From Pelagomonas calceolata (lineage: Eukaryota): a stretch of DNA of 64,000 nt. Below the pieces are notes generated by a model. It was not told the DNA's origin, made no database searches, and saw only the letters and a program-made list of their open reading frames with translations. The DNA lies in NCBI GenBank assembly GCA_918797485.1, contig CAKKNE010000002.1, positions 4,712,001-4,776,000 of the forward strand, read 5' to 3'. The translations under genes and the position numbers were made by a program. Of this stretch, positions 50,643-62,253 are shown piece by piece; the stretch's first letter is position 1; every line of letters begins with the position of its first letter.

Positions 50643-53600
50643 TCAAGCCAGCCCGTCGTGCAACAACAACCGCAGGATCGCCCCGACGACGGCCGACCCG
50701 AGCACGTCCAGCTGCGGCCGCTCGGCCTTGTCCACGAGCAAAGCGTCGAAGTGCTCCCTCAGAGCAGCAACCAACGCCCCGACGCGCGCGTGCGCCGCGA
50801 AGGAGACCCAACCATCCACCACAATCGACCCCTGCAACGGCCGCGGCTCGACCCTGCCCCCGAAGAGCAGGACCGCGTACGGCGCCGCCTCGCCGCAGTC
50901 GCGTATGGACACGCGGTGCGTCTCGACGCACTCGCCGTAGACGGCCCAGGGCGACGGCCACGAGCGCTCCGCGTAGCACGACGACGTCGGGTGTAAGAAA
51001 GCTCTTTCGAGCTGCCCCGTCGGCGTCCTTCTGAGAAACCGCAGTTCCCGCGCTTGGGCGTCCATGGCAATGTTCCCCTCCGACGTCTCGGCGTATTTCT
51101 GCGAGGGCTTCTCGATCTTCACTAAACGCGGATACAGCGCGCCGGCGACGACCGCGCGTGCGACGCGCCAGAGCGCCGGTCCCGACAGTTGCGTGGCGTA
51201 CGACCCGAAGCCGCGGTCCGAGAGCGCGCCGTCCAACTGTTTGACTAGGGACAACGCGTCCTCCAAGGGGTCCGCGCTCAAGCCGCGCTGCGCGCACCAG
51301 TCTCGTAAAGCCCGTTTCCGCGCCCAGCCCCGCTGTGACCTGTGCGCAAATCGACCAGTGAGTCGGGTGCAGTCGCGTCGATGGCGTGGAGGTCGACGCA
51401 GTGAGTCGGGTGCACGCCACCGAGCAGGCATCGCGTCGATGGCGTGGAAGGCACCGTGACGTGTTGATGCACAGGTTGGGACGAAGCCTCGGCATAGGCC
51501 CGCAACGCCAACGCATCTAGGGCGTGGTCCGACCGGCCGCAGCCGTGCCGCTCCCGCAACTCCTGGCGGAATTTTGCTGCTAAAGGCCTATCATCAGGAT
51601 GCGACCGCCACGGGCTTCTCCCCCCTAGACCGGCCGCGACCCGCAACGCCTCGTCGCGCACGCCCAGGGACGCCCCGAGCACCAGGAGCTTGCCTAGTCT
51701 CGGCGCGCACGGGAGGTGGGCTAAATGACGGCCCAATGGAGTTAACTTCTTTGACGAGACAGCACCCAAGTCCGAGAGCTCCCGCAACGCTTGCTGTAAC
51801 GTATCAGGTGAAGGAGGATCGAGCAGCGATGGAGCAAAGGTCTCGACGTCGAGGTCCATCGACAGGACTTGCAGACACAACCCATCCAAGCCGACCCTAT
51901 GGATCTCCGGTGTGGTGTGCTCCCCAAAGCCCTCGAAGAAGGACTTGGGACACAGCCGGTAGCACCGGCCCCGCCGCACGCGGCCCGCCCGACCTTTCCT
52001 TTGCTTCGCGGCATCCTGGCGCACCCACACCTCCTTCAGACACGGTAACGACCTAGAAGCGTCGTAGCCCGTCTCCTTGCATCGCAACGTGTCCACCACC
52101 GCCGTCACGTCGGGTATGGTGATACTGGTCTCAGCCACATTGGTAGCAACAACTATTTTTGTTTTACCTTTAGGTGCCGTATCGAAGGCTCTACGTTGGT
52201 CCTTTGCGGGTAGGGAACCATGTAAAGGTAGGGGGTACAATGTAGGGTCTCGCTCCAGTATTCTACAGATCTGTGTTATTTCTAGAGCACCACTCACGAA
52301 GACCAATACCGCACCGGTTGAATCTCTCTGAAATTCATCCAGAGCGATAGCTCGACAGGCGTCGGCGACGAACTGCACATCCAATCGTTGCGGCGTCGCC
52401 GTCCAGGCCTCCTTTTCTCTACGAGTCATCTCTTCGTCCTGATCTAGTAACCTCTTGACATCATTCAAATAACTCACGTCGACGGGATGCGCGAATCCTG
52501 GTATAGATAGGACGGGACACCTGCCCTTATATAGCTGAGGATTGAGATCGGCGAAGTACCGCGAGAACCGACTCGTGTCCATCGTTGCCGACATCAGGAT
52601 GACTCTCAGGGAAGGTCGCTTTTGTAGTAGTGGCCTTAGTAAAGCTAACAACAAATCGGCATCCAGGTGCCGTTCGTGCACCTCATCGACAATCAGGTGT
52701 GTTATGCCTTGTATATTAGTGTCGCTCCTTAGACGTTGTAGTAACACCCCAGTCGTGCAGAACAGCAAATGGGAGCCCATCGACACTTCCCCTCTTACTG
52801 CTACTCCGACCGTACTACCGACGTGTTCGCCCCGTTCTTCAGCGACTCGGGACGCGACACCCACCGCAGCCACTCGCCTTGGTTGGGCCACCACTATCTT
52901 GATCGGTTCAGTCGCATTATCTAATAAAAATTGGGGCACCTGGGTCGTCTTACCACATCCGGTACCGCCCTCAATTAACATGACCTGGTACTTGGATACC
53001 GTATCGATAACGTTGCTAGCCTCTTTGTGCGCGGGCAGCGTCTTCCGTTGTAGTGTGATGGATGTCCTAGGCTGCGATGGCGGTGGCGGGCCATTCGAAG
53101 GCTGCGACCACCAGTCGGGGCCCCGTCGACGCATGCGCCGCGGCGGTCGCGGTGCGACGACGGGCGCCGCCTTCGGTTGAACGACGGGCGGCGGCGGCGG
53201 CACATCCACAGGATTCTTAGCAGCCTCGACGAGATCGAAGAGCATGGGCTCGCCCACCAAGGAGAAGGCGAGCGTCGCCCACGCCGCATGTGCTTTTTGT
53301 GACGCGCCCTTCTTGAGGACCATGGCCGGTATCGACGGGTACGTTGATGGTACCAGCAAGCACGCGTCCCCCATGGTCATCACCGAGCCCTGGTCCTCTT
53401 TTACAGCAGTAACGTCGAGCGTCGCCTCGAGGGCCTCGATTTCATCAGTCTCACCACCTTCCCCCGCTTCGAAGGACGCGTCCGGCCTTGCGAGTCTAGC
53501 GCATTGGGTCCACCTACTACAAAAGTCGCCCTCAACCGCAAAAGAAGCTACTTTGCGAGAAACAACAACGTCCAGATTCGCGCCGCTCTTCGGGTCGAAC

Positions 53601-54807
53601 GTCTCCGGTAAATCGCCCTCGTCCACATGGAGACATAAATGAGCCAACGCCGCCTCGGTAGCTTGCAAGGCATCATTTGTTGATGTCGTAGCCACGGCCT
53701 CGACGGCCTGGCCCGGCCGAAAGCCTAGACCAACTAAGTGTTGCGCCGCGTCCCTCTTCGCACCTTCGAGGTCTGCCAATTTTTGGAGGTCGTTCGAACT
53801 TCCACCGTCGTCCTCCTTTGTTCGCTGTAAACCTAACGCCTCCACGACGGCGCGCCTTACGGAAGGCGCCATATAAACTCGAGCGTCGGGGTTGGCCCGC
53901 TTCCGCGCCTCCCGCGCGTGCGTCCTTTGGTTCCGGACGGCCTCCTTGGCGCGCCTCGCCCTATCGGCCTCGGCCCTCGACGCGTGGGCGCGGTCCATCG
54001 TCGGCACTACTATAGAAGGCTTCTCCGGCGCGGCGGCGGCGGCCTCCTCGAGATTATTCTTCGAGCCCTTGCGCGGGAGCTTCGCCGGCTCCTTCTTCGC
54101 CGTGGCCGCGCCTGCGTGGAATCAAATTTCGGGCGCCCCACGCCGTCGACGCGATGTTGTCCCCGTGGCAGCGTCGGCTCGATGGCGTGGAGGTCACGAA
54201 GGTCCACGCTATGATTTCCACACAGGCCCGCGCCCATGGCGAGCCACGTGCTCCGGTAGGGCTCCGGTAATTTCCGCTCCAGAGGGAGACTCCCTTGCGT
54301 CTGCTTCAGAGCTAATAGCGCAGCATTCTCCTTCGCCACACTTTCGGAAGGAAACGCCTCGGCGGGGCAGAAGGCCAGGTCGTGCTCGGCGCCCCGCCTC
54401 TTGGGATCGGGCACGATACACCTGGAACGGTGCTTGCCCGGCGGCGCGGGTTTGGCCGGGTGCCATCTAGGTTTCGGCCGCTTCTCGCGCTGGCACCACT
54501 CACCCAGCATCTGGGAGGGCAACTTCTCGTGCGTTTTCAAGGTCAAACCCTTCACTTCCTTGGGACCCTTGTCCGTGAGCTTCGACGCGATGCGCTGGTC
54601 CCGACTCCCTTTGCCGACCCATTTTTGCACCTCGCCGTCCCATCGGAAGCCGTGGTCGGGCTTGCCGTCCTTTTTCGTGGGGCGTTCCGGCCTTATGCCG
54701 CACTCGCACCGTCTTTCACACTCGCAGCGTTTTTGTACTGGCTCCTTGCCCTTGCCCTTCTTCTTCTTGTCGGCCTTCGAGGGCGGCGGGGGCTTGTCGC
54801 GACCCAT
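50643..54807 (-). CDS. DHX57/DHX29-like DEAH-box RNA helicase; exons 54807-54234, 54111-51483, 51339-50643 (1299 aa)
   Basis: GGTGCGKTT, QPRR, DEVH, MSAT, TNVAETSIT, QRKGRAGR; dsRBD-like and UBA/RWD-like N-terminus; OB-fold-like C-terminus; introns restore the frame. Confidence 0.92.
51340..51474 (-). mobile_element. Introner in helicase (intron 51340-51482)
   Basis: Ends ctgtgcgcaaatcgaccagtgagtcggg ... gatgcacag; TSD on minus strand GTCCCAAC vs GTCACAGC; two internal tcgcgtcgatggcgtgga. Confidence 0.85.
54112..54225 (-). mobile_element. Introner in helicase forming a GC-AG intron (54112-54233)
   Basis: TIRs ctgcgtggaatca / tgatttccacacag; TSD on minus strand GCGCGGGC vs GCGCGGCC (7/8). 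Confidence 0.9.
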
Positions 54808-55006
54808 CTTTCTCGGCAGCGATGCGCGCAGCGATGCAGTGCTGCAGCACACAGCGATTGAAGGCTGCAGTGATTGATGCTAGCTGTACCAGCAATGCAG
54901 CGCGCCGCAGCAATCGACACAACGACGAGAAACGATGTTAAACGCTACAGGAGCACCCCTGTCCAGCAGTACGTCCGTCTACAGCCCCGCCACAGTAGTC
55001 GAGGCG

Positions 55007-55032
55007 GCTTGCTAGTATCTTACACCGCTAGC
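55007..55032 (+). promoter_or_regulatory. Conserved double-CTAG upstream motif, copy 6
   Basis: gcttgctagtatcttacaccgctagc, between divergent ATGs 54807 and 55199. Confidence 0.55.
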
Positions 55033-55198
55033 TCCGCTCCGTCCACTTCTCCCACACGCAAACTACTAAACTACGTCGTCTCCGACGCCTCGAGTTGAGG
55101 TACGATTCGCATTTGCTGGGAGTTTGAGTCCTGTTGACTCTCCGGCCGCCAGAGAGCCGCCAATACTGCTGCACTGGAAGGCGACTAGGACGCACTGA

Positions 55199-56290
55199 AT
55201 GCTGCGGCTAGCGAAACGGTTATTCAGACGCGGTGGGGACGACATGGCAGCGCCCTCGATCGACGCAAAAGCCGACACCGCATCGGAAGACACCTCCGCG
55301 GCGACGACCGCATCAGTGTGTGACCTGCTGATCGGAAACAACCTCCTGCAGGGGTACTTGGGCGGTGCGGACGCGCTTCGCTTGGAGGTCGTGTCGAAGC
55401 GGCACCCGTTCGGGAAGGATGCGCTGCGCAACCGCACCCTGCTCCGATTCCCGAGCAACGACGAGGGATTTAGTTATAAATGGTGGCAGTCGCCTTTGCG
55501 TCACATTCTGGATCGCTACCCGAACATACGAATTATCGACGCAGAAATATCGACCATGGACTGCATAGGAGACGACAATCGCCGCTTCCTACACGTCCTG
55601 ATGATCGAGTTGGCCGGCGCATCCCTGCCGCACCTGCGCGAGCTCCAAGTACCGGAAGCCTACTTGTCCGTGGAGCGGTATATGGTCTGCCAGGAGTACC
55701 CGCACCTCGTCGTGACACCAGCGCTTGATGCTTCCGTCGAGCAGTTCCTGGCGGCGGGGTATGCGTGCGGAAACCGCGAGGAGTATCCCTGGCGAATCCA
55801 CCGTTGTCACCAGTATGAGGAACCGAATGGCTGGTATATATTTTCTGCGCCGGGCACGGATGGCTACAGTGCAAAATTAGTAAACTATGAATTACGGGGC
55901 GGGATCATATACTACGAGGCCGTCATTCGAACGCCGGACAAGGACATCCGGGTAACCTGGGGGGACGCCAACTCACCCCTGAACGGCGACATCGAGGCCC
56001 TGGTGGACACTTGGCACGATCAGATCTATGAGGCATTTGGCGCTAGCCGGCACGGGCCTTCGTATGAACTCGAACCGCCCGGGCTGATCTATGATATCGT
56101 GGCTGATCTGTTGAACAACATGGATTGGGAGGGAGAAGCGTGGCTTGCGTTCGAGCGAAGCTGCCGAGAAGATTACGAGGAGCAACAGCGCGAGTCTTTC
56201 CAGCGGGGCGCCTTCGATATGCTGTTATATTACATGGCGGATTTTTATGGGAATGACGTCCAGATCACCATCATGGCTCGTCGCGGCTAG
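55199..56290 (+). CDS. Hypothetical protein (363 aa)
   Basis: ATG-initiated ORF with globular-like composition; no family recognised. Confidence 0.7.
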   Translation: MLRLAKRLFRRGGDDMAAPSIDAKADTASEDTSAATTASVCDLLIGNNLLQGYLGGADALRLEVVSKRHPFGKDALRNRTLLRFPSNDEGFSYKWWQSPLRHILDRYPNIRIIDAEISTMDCIGDDNRRFLHVLMIELAGASLPHLRELQVPEAYLSVERYMVCQEYPHLVVTPALDASVEQFLAAGYACGNREEYPWRIHRCHQYEEPNGWYIFSAPGTDGYSAKLVNYELRGGIIYYEAVIRTPDKDIRVTWGDANSPLNGDIEALVDTWHDQIYEAFGASRHGPSYELEPPGLIYDIVADLLNNMDWEGEAWLAFERSCREDYEEQQRESFQRGAFDMLLYYMADFYGNDVQITIMARRG

Positions 56291-56323
56291 GTCCTAAGAG
56301 TACGGTATATATATCCAGAAGAC

Positions 56324-59300
56324 TTAGAGACTCGTCAGCTCCGCCGCGCGCGGGCTGTACCCCTCATCCTCCATCACTTTCTTGCGACTCCGCACCGAAT
56401 CGGAAATCTCCTGCTTCCGTTCTTTGCCATAATTTTCATAACCAGGATAGTCCAAGTAAACCACGGAGTCATCTTTATCAAATATGGTCACGTCCGGCGC
56501 GTCCCCATCGTCGGCGTCCGCGTTCGGGACTTCTATTTGGTCGTCCGCGGCACAAAAGATCAGCTTCTTCTCGACGAACTCCTGCCTATCTATTTGTATT
56601 TGGACATCCCCAGGAACATCTTCAATCACCAACGCCGCCAACTGCTTCGCCACCACCATCCCGTGGTACAGGAAACAAAAGGTGATGATGCGGTGCGCGT
56701 TGTTCCAATGTGTGAGGAACTCGCCCGTATATGTAATAATGATACTATTCGTAAAGACCGCGATATACGACAGCAGTTCGATGATGTCCGCCCAGGAGCC
56801 AATGTCCTCGGCGTTTTGTGGCCAAGGGCGTCTGCTGACCACCGAGATGTTCCAGGCGTCCACCCGGATCTGGGCGTAGGCGTTTATTAACGCGAGCATC
56901 GGCGCTAGAGGTAATGCCGCGACGAATAACACGGTGTAACCATATATAAGTACCAAATCTCTGTAGTCTCCAAAAGTACCTAACATATGATGGTATTCGT
57001 CCAGCTCCAGCTCCCGTTCGGCAGGCGAGATGTCCCGAGAAACAACCTCCTCCTCCTCGGGCGGCTCTTCGCCCAGCGCGGCGTACTCGTCGAGCCTCTC
57101 TTGCTTCGCCATCTCATCGAGTTCGGCCCTTCTTTGTTCTTGGATGCGGTCCTTCTTCCACCAGAAGTGGGGGATCATGATCTCCTTGACGTTGGCCAGC
57201 ACGACTTTCGAGATGAAGATAGCTTGTAATTGTTTATTCAATTCCGACATACAGGTGCCCTTGCAGCCATAGCTCCCGGGAAACGGCTGCAATATGGCGC
57301 GGTTCGCTTGGAGTTGCTTGAAGAAGGCTATATATATATAGGAGAAGAAGGAGTTGATGCCCTGGAAGATGAAAACCTTCTCGGTTAATTTATCCGTAAA
57401 CTCGGTATCGGTCGCGTGGTTCTCGTAGCGATTCAAGAACAGAGCGAGTTCATTAAACACGTTCTCCAAAGCGAATATTTGTGCAGCTTGGGCTAGCGAC
57501 ACAAGCGTGTTGCCGATCTCGCCGGACATGTCAACACCGAGCCAGCGCGGGATGCCGTAATTCTTGACGCATTTGGGAGAACCAGAGAATTGCCTCTGGT
57601 TCTTCCTGCAGTTCCAGTGGCGCGTGTTCAGCAAGTTATTTCTCACCGCTAAGATAGCCTTCAAAAAAAATGTAGCTATAACAAGGGCCATCACCGCCGT
57701 AGAAGCCACGAGAATGACGGTCCACGCGATTAAATTCCTTCTAGCCTTGATGTTCGGCGGGAAGTATTTGATTTCCTCGCCGTCGACGGGCGAGTTGATA
57801 TCTATAACTAAGTCACTCTCAAGAAAATCAGGTCTTTCTTCTTCGATCTCCTCGATGCCCACCATGCCCCACTCCATGGCATACCTGCTTTGCTTTCTCT
57901 TCCACGTTTCCAAGAACACAGTAGCCCATACTGACATGACGACGCAAAAAAACGGTATGACTGGCGAATTCACGCCGCCCGTGAGACACGCCGCGAGCCA
58001 CACGATCACCCCAATAATCGCCGCGACGCCGGCCTGCTCCGTGTAGTGGCCCAGGAACACGAAATACAGGCCGATCTTCTCGCCAAAATAATCCTTGATC
58101 TTCACGAACGGCTGGTCCCACCTGCGGCGGTGTCGCGTGACGCGGGGCGTCTCCCCGTGGTCGTCTCCACGAGAGATGATCGAAGTCGGGCGCGACGCGA
58201 GGACGCCGCGAGACGTACGGCCAGCTCCAATACACGAGCCACTTCGCCTGGCAGGCCTGCAGTTCGCTTCGATCGTGCAGCGGGAACGCCGCCAGGATGA
58301 TTTCAGCTTTGAGCAATTTCTCGAGCACCAATCCGGCGCCGTTTTCGTTCGGGTCGCACTTCAGGATGCTCATGATCAACTTCACGCGATCGACCGACCG
58401 GAACATGCTTGACGTCCGAGGGTACTTCTGATATAATGATTGCAATTCCGGATTCGAGCGGTACTCCCCGTAGATATACTCGTAGTACCTGCGCGTGATA
58501 TGCATCGAGTCGCGATCTCGCCCGAACCCACGGCCTCGTCTGATGGAGACGAGTCGCGGCGATGGCGTAAGGAGGGATATATAGGGCGCCGCTGCAAACG
58601 CGTACGGGCACTGGTCCTCGGTGTCGGTGATGGCCGTCTCCATCTGGAAGCCCTTGTAGGTCCAGCCGTTCTTGCGCGGGTAGACGTCGTACTCGTCGGG
58701 GTTCAGGGGGTCCGGCTGGCCATCTAGCAGTCGTTGTTTCACATTTCTTTCATCTAAACGAAACTTCATATTCAACCGATCCGCTTCCTCCTCGAGTCGC
58801 TCGCGACTAGCTCGGATCTTGATGAAGACCTTGTCGAACTTCCTGGACTTGTACTGCTCCGTCTCCAGGTCGGCGTTCTCCAGCGCTGAGACAATATTAC
58901 GCATACTGTTTTTTCTTTGTAGGTCATCTACGAGCTTATGACCCTCGTCCTTAATAGAAGTAACAATAACAAAGTCGTAGTTCCAGTTCTGGCCCTCCTC
59001 GCGACTCTGGAACTTGTCCTTGACGAACCGGTACCTGTGTGTGATGTATCGAGTCGCGATCTCGCCCGAAACGCGCTCAAAATCCAAAATGAGACCACCC
59101 ACGTCCATCATTCCTGGAGACGAGTCGCGTCGATGGCGTGAAGGCGCCGCAGCACCGCGGGACGCCGGGTCCGTACTCCGGGAACTCGTCGATCTGGGCA
59201 GTAGCCATGTGTAACAACTGCTTGAGGCAGAACATCACGAACGCAATGTTCGCGAAGATCGTGATGCCCGGCGTGAATCGCGACACGATGGTGTACTCGA

Positions 59301-59637
59301 AGAAGACGGCCTCCGTCGCTGGGGGTGGGGTGGTTGTGGTATTGGTGGCGTTCGTCGCTTGCAGGAAGCGCCGCGCGAAGTGCTCGTCGGTCATGAAGCC
59401 CGCCCCTAGGTCATGTAGTGGTCTTTTTGGGACTATGAATGACGCTATGAAGCATACGAATGGGATTGCTACGAATACGTAGTTGTATAAGCGCAGCGGT
59501 TCCTGGGGTAGGTAGTCTTTTATTGATGAAACGCGCCGCCGTCGTCCCGGTCGCGGCTTTCTAGCCGGCGGCGCTTGTTCAGCGGCGGCGTCCCAGTCGT
59601 GGGGCGTGGGGCCGTCGGTGTCTCGTCGGTGGCGCAT
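56324..59637 (-). CDS. Anoctamin/TMEM16 channel-scramblase; exons 59637-59177, 59034-58606, 58488-58219, 58121-56324 (985 aa)
   Basis: FPLHD, QP...IKDYFGEKIGLYF, WKRKQ, ENH.T.TEF, YGYTVLF...PLAP, RRP...AEDIGSW; three introns give a continuous frame. Confidence 0.92.
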
Positions 59638-60081
59638 GCTTGTGTTGGGGCTGCCTCTGGTCCTGTTGTGTGCTTTCAGGGGCAGCCCTGGCGCCTGGCT
59701 GCCGAAGCCGCCACGCACGCTAGCGTCCGCTGCGGCGTCTGCCTAGCAGCGTAGACCTTTTGGTGGGCGTAGCCCTTTTGTTTTTGGCTCCCTCTCGATG
59801 GCTTTTGCTTGCGAAATGCTAGCTTCCCCGCACGATGCACGCCACGAGAGCGGTGCGCCCAACTCTCTGAGGCTCGTGGAAGGGATCGGATGCGTACGCA
59901 GACGAATAAAAAGTTTAGGCCTCCAGCCCTCGATGCCTCTGCGCAGCGGCTCTTAGAACGCAGGCAGTGGCCGCAGACTCGAAGCGCGCTTGATTCGGAC
60001 ACGCAGGAATCATTTAATTGCTCTCTGCAAGCAATTGCTGCTTACGCGAACGCCGCATCTGCCCTACACAGGGAGAGCAGC

Positions 60082-61320
60082 ATGGCCTCATTAGCTGGCT
60101 TTGCTGACGCCAAGCGCAGCACACCGGTGGCGTCCGAGCAAAAGCCAGCCACGACCACCACGCCGGCGCAGCGCTCCTCCGCACCGCTCGCCGGCTTTGC
60201 GCCTGCTGCAAAACCATTGAGCGGTTTCGCGCCCGCCAAAAAGCCGGTCGCAAACGGCTTCGCCGCCGCCAAGCCGGTGCGAGCGCGCACGGGCGCCGCC
60301 GCGATTCCGCCCGGGAGGGATGGTGGCGTCGTCCCGCGCGGCCCGCGCCTGTCCGACAAGTGGGTGTCGGGCGGCAGCGCGCGAAAGGTCGTGGCGGCGC
60401 CGCGCGCTCCCTCGTCGCGGGACGTCTGCGACGACTGCGGCTGGCGCGACTGCCAGTGCGCGCACCGGAAGGTCGTGCGCGTCGTCCGGGCGCCGCTGCC
60501 CGCCGGTGCGGCCTGCCGCGTGTGCTTCTGCGGCGAGGAGGACGAGCCCCTCTGGCAGCCCTGCGCGTGCCGCGGCGAGTCGGCCTACGCCCACGCTTCT
60601 TGCTTGAGAAAATGGGCCGAGATGGCGACGGTGAGCACGGCCGCGTCGTACGAGTGCCCAACTTGCAAGACGCGGTATACGGGCCCGACCGCCGTCGCGC
60701 TGGCCGTGGATCGGGTGGATTTGGAGTACGATAGGTCTGGTTCCGACTCGCGGCACGCCGACGTCGCGTGCGCGAATCTCGTCGTCGTGGGATTGCGCGA
60801 GGGCACGACCATCGACGCGGCGCTGTTGCGTCGGCAACTGCGCAAGGACACGCGGCGGGACCGCCTCGACTCCGTGCTCGCCTCCATAAAGAAGTGCGAG
60901 CAAAAACGCGACAAGGCCATCGAGGCGACGAAAGCGTCCCTGCTCGACGTTGATGAAGGGGCTTTGCGCAAGAAATGCGACGCGCCCGCGTCGACGGCCG
61001 CCGAGCAGCTCTCCCGCGCCGACTCGCGACTGGAACTAGCCTTCGTGCTCGCGGAGCGCTGCGTCCGGCGGCTCAACGACCACACTCGATCTCGCGACGA
61101 GGATCGGAAGTTGCAAGTCGCTGCATCGGAGGCGTTATCGCTCGCGCAAGCCGCGCATGGGGACGTAAAGCGGATACTCGGCCCGAATCACGACGACACA
61201 CGCCGCCACCTGCGCTGCGTCGGCCGCCTCCACGCTCTCGATAAGCATCTCCGCGAGGTGAACGCGCAGCGGGCGAAGCGCGAGAATTTGGCCGAGCGGC
61301 TGGCGCGCGTGGATTGTTAG
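60082..61320 (+). CDS. RING-CH (RINGv, C4HC3) domain protein
   Basis: CRVC...PCACRG....AHASCL..W...CPTC; first ATG 60082. Confidence 0.8.
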   Translation: MASLAGFADAKRSTPVASEQKPATTTTPAQRSSAPLAGFAPAAKPLSGFAPAKKPVANGFAAAKPVRARTGAAAIPPGRDGGVVPRGPRLSDKWVSGGSARKVVAAPRAPSSRDVCDDCGWRDCQCAHRKVVRVVRAPLPAGAACRVCFCGEEDEPLWQPCACRGESAYAHASCLRKWAEMATVSTAASYECPTCKTRYTGPTAVALAVDRVDLEYDRSGSDSRHADVACANLVVVGLREGTTIDAALLRRQLRKDTRRDRLDSVLASIKKCEQKRDKAIEATKASLLDVDEGALRKKCDAPASTAAEQLSRADSRLELAFVLAERCVRRLNDHTRSRDEDRKLQVAASEALSLAQAAHGDVKRILGPNHDDTRRHLRCVGRLHALDKHLREVNAQRAKRENLAERLARVDC

Positions 61321-61345
61321 GTTAAACTTGTACACACTATCACAC

Positions 61346-62197
61346 TTAGTAGTAACCACAGTGGGCCCAGAGCTTCACGATGTGACGGACGACGTCTGCG
61401 TTAAGATGCGGAAATTTCGGGACGAATATCGCGACGAGGGCGTCCGTGTGTTCCTTCTCGTAGGCAGCGAATGACCCTGCTCGCTGGATTTGGGTGAGGT
61501 ACGAGAAGCGCTGCCGGCGAAGGTGCGCTGGTATCGCATCCCAGGAGTGCCGAGGGAAAGCTGCGCCGGCCCGCAGGAGTAGTGGGTAGATGCGGTGCAC
61601 CCGTGGCCGGTTGTTGACCCTGCCTGTTTCAATCGCTCTGTCTAGCGGTGTCCAGTAAGGTCCCGTAAAGTTCCCAGTTTGACGATCACGGTCCTGGCAC
61701 TTCGCGTCCACTTCGGCGCCAGCAGCTAGTAGTAGCTGAACACATTGCGGGCATTGCTCAGCTGCATAGTGTAGCGGCGTGCTACCGAGGTAGTTGGGCG
61801 TCCGGGGATTGCTTCCCGCTTCTAGAAGCAGCTTGATGATCCGGGCGTGGCCATAAATTGCCGCCCCATGGAGCGCTGGAGTGCCGGGCGGATTCGGCGA
61901 CGCGCCCGCGCGCAGGAGCGCGACGACACAGGCCTCTTGATTTTCTTGAGTTGGGCGCACAATTTCCCCTGTTGAGAGTCCAAAGTTCAGTCCCCCCGAC
62001 GCATAAAACAGAGCCGAGCGCTGAGGCCATTGGTGTAACCAGCCATTTATATGTGGAGCAGTACGAGCAGCACTTGCTAAATCAGGTGAGACCCCCGCCG
62101 CGAGTAATCTGCGTATCTCTGCGACGTCGCCGCGCCTGGCGGCAGCTAGGAATGGGTGACCTATGCTTGTTGTCCCTTCCAACTGCAGATCCGCCAT
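61346..62197 (-). CDS. Ankyrin-repeat protein
   Basis: ALHGAAIYGH..IIKLLLEAG, TPLHYAA, TPLDRA. Confidence 0.85.
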   Translation of the reverse strand: MADLQLEGTTSIGHPFLAAARRGDVAEIRRLLAAGVSPDLASAARTAPHINGWLHQWPQRSALFYASGGLNFGLSTGEIVRPTQENQEACVVALLRAGASPNPPGTPALHGAAIYGHARIIKLLLEAGSNPRTPNYLGSTPLHYAAEQCPQCVQLLLAAGAEVDAKCQDRDRQTGNFTGPYWTPLDRAIETGRVNNRPRVHRIYPLLLRAGAAFPRHSWDAIPAHLRRQRFSYLTQIQRAGSFAAYEKEHTDALVAIFVPKFPHLNADVVRHIVKLWAHCGYY

Positions 62198-62253
62198 GTT
62201 TGACAACAGGGGCCGATAAATGCGGTAGTTATACTTACAGGATAGGCGCGGAG

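Noticed and set aside
59114..59176. Shorter anoctamin intron ending at CAG 59114
   Set aside because: Leads to a stop at 59077; the acceptor at 59035 restores the frame and matches the sister intron
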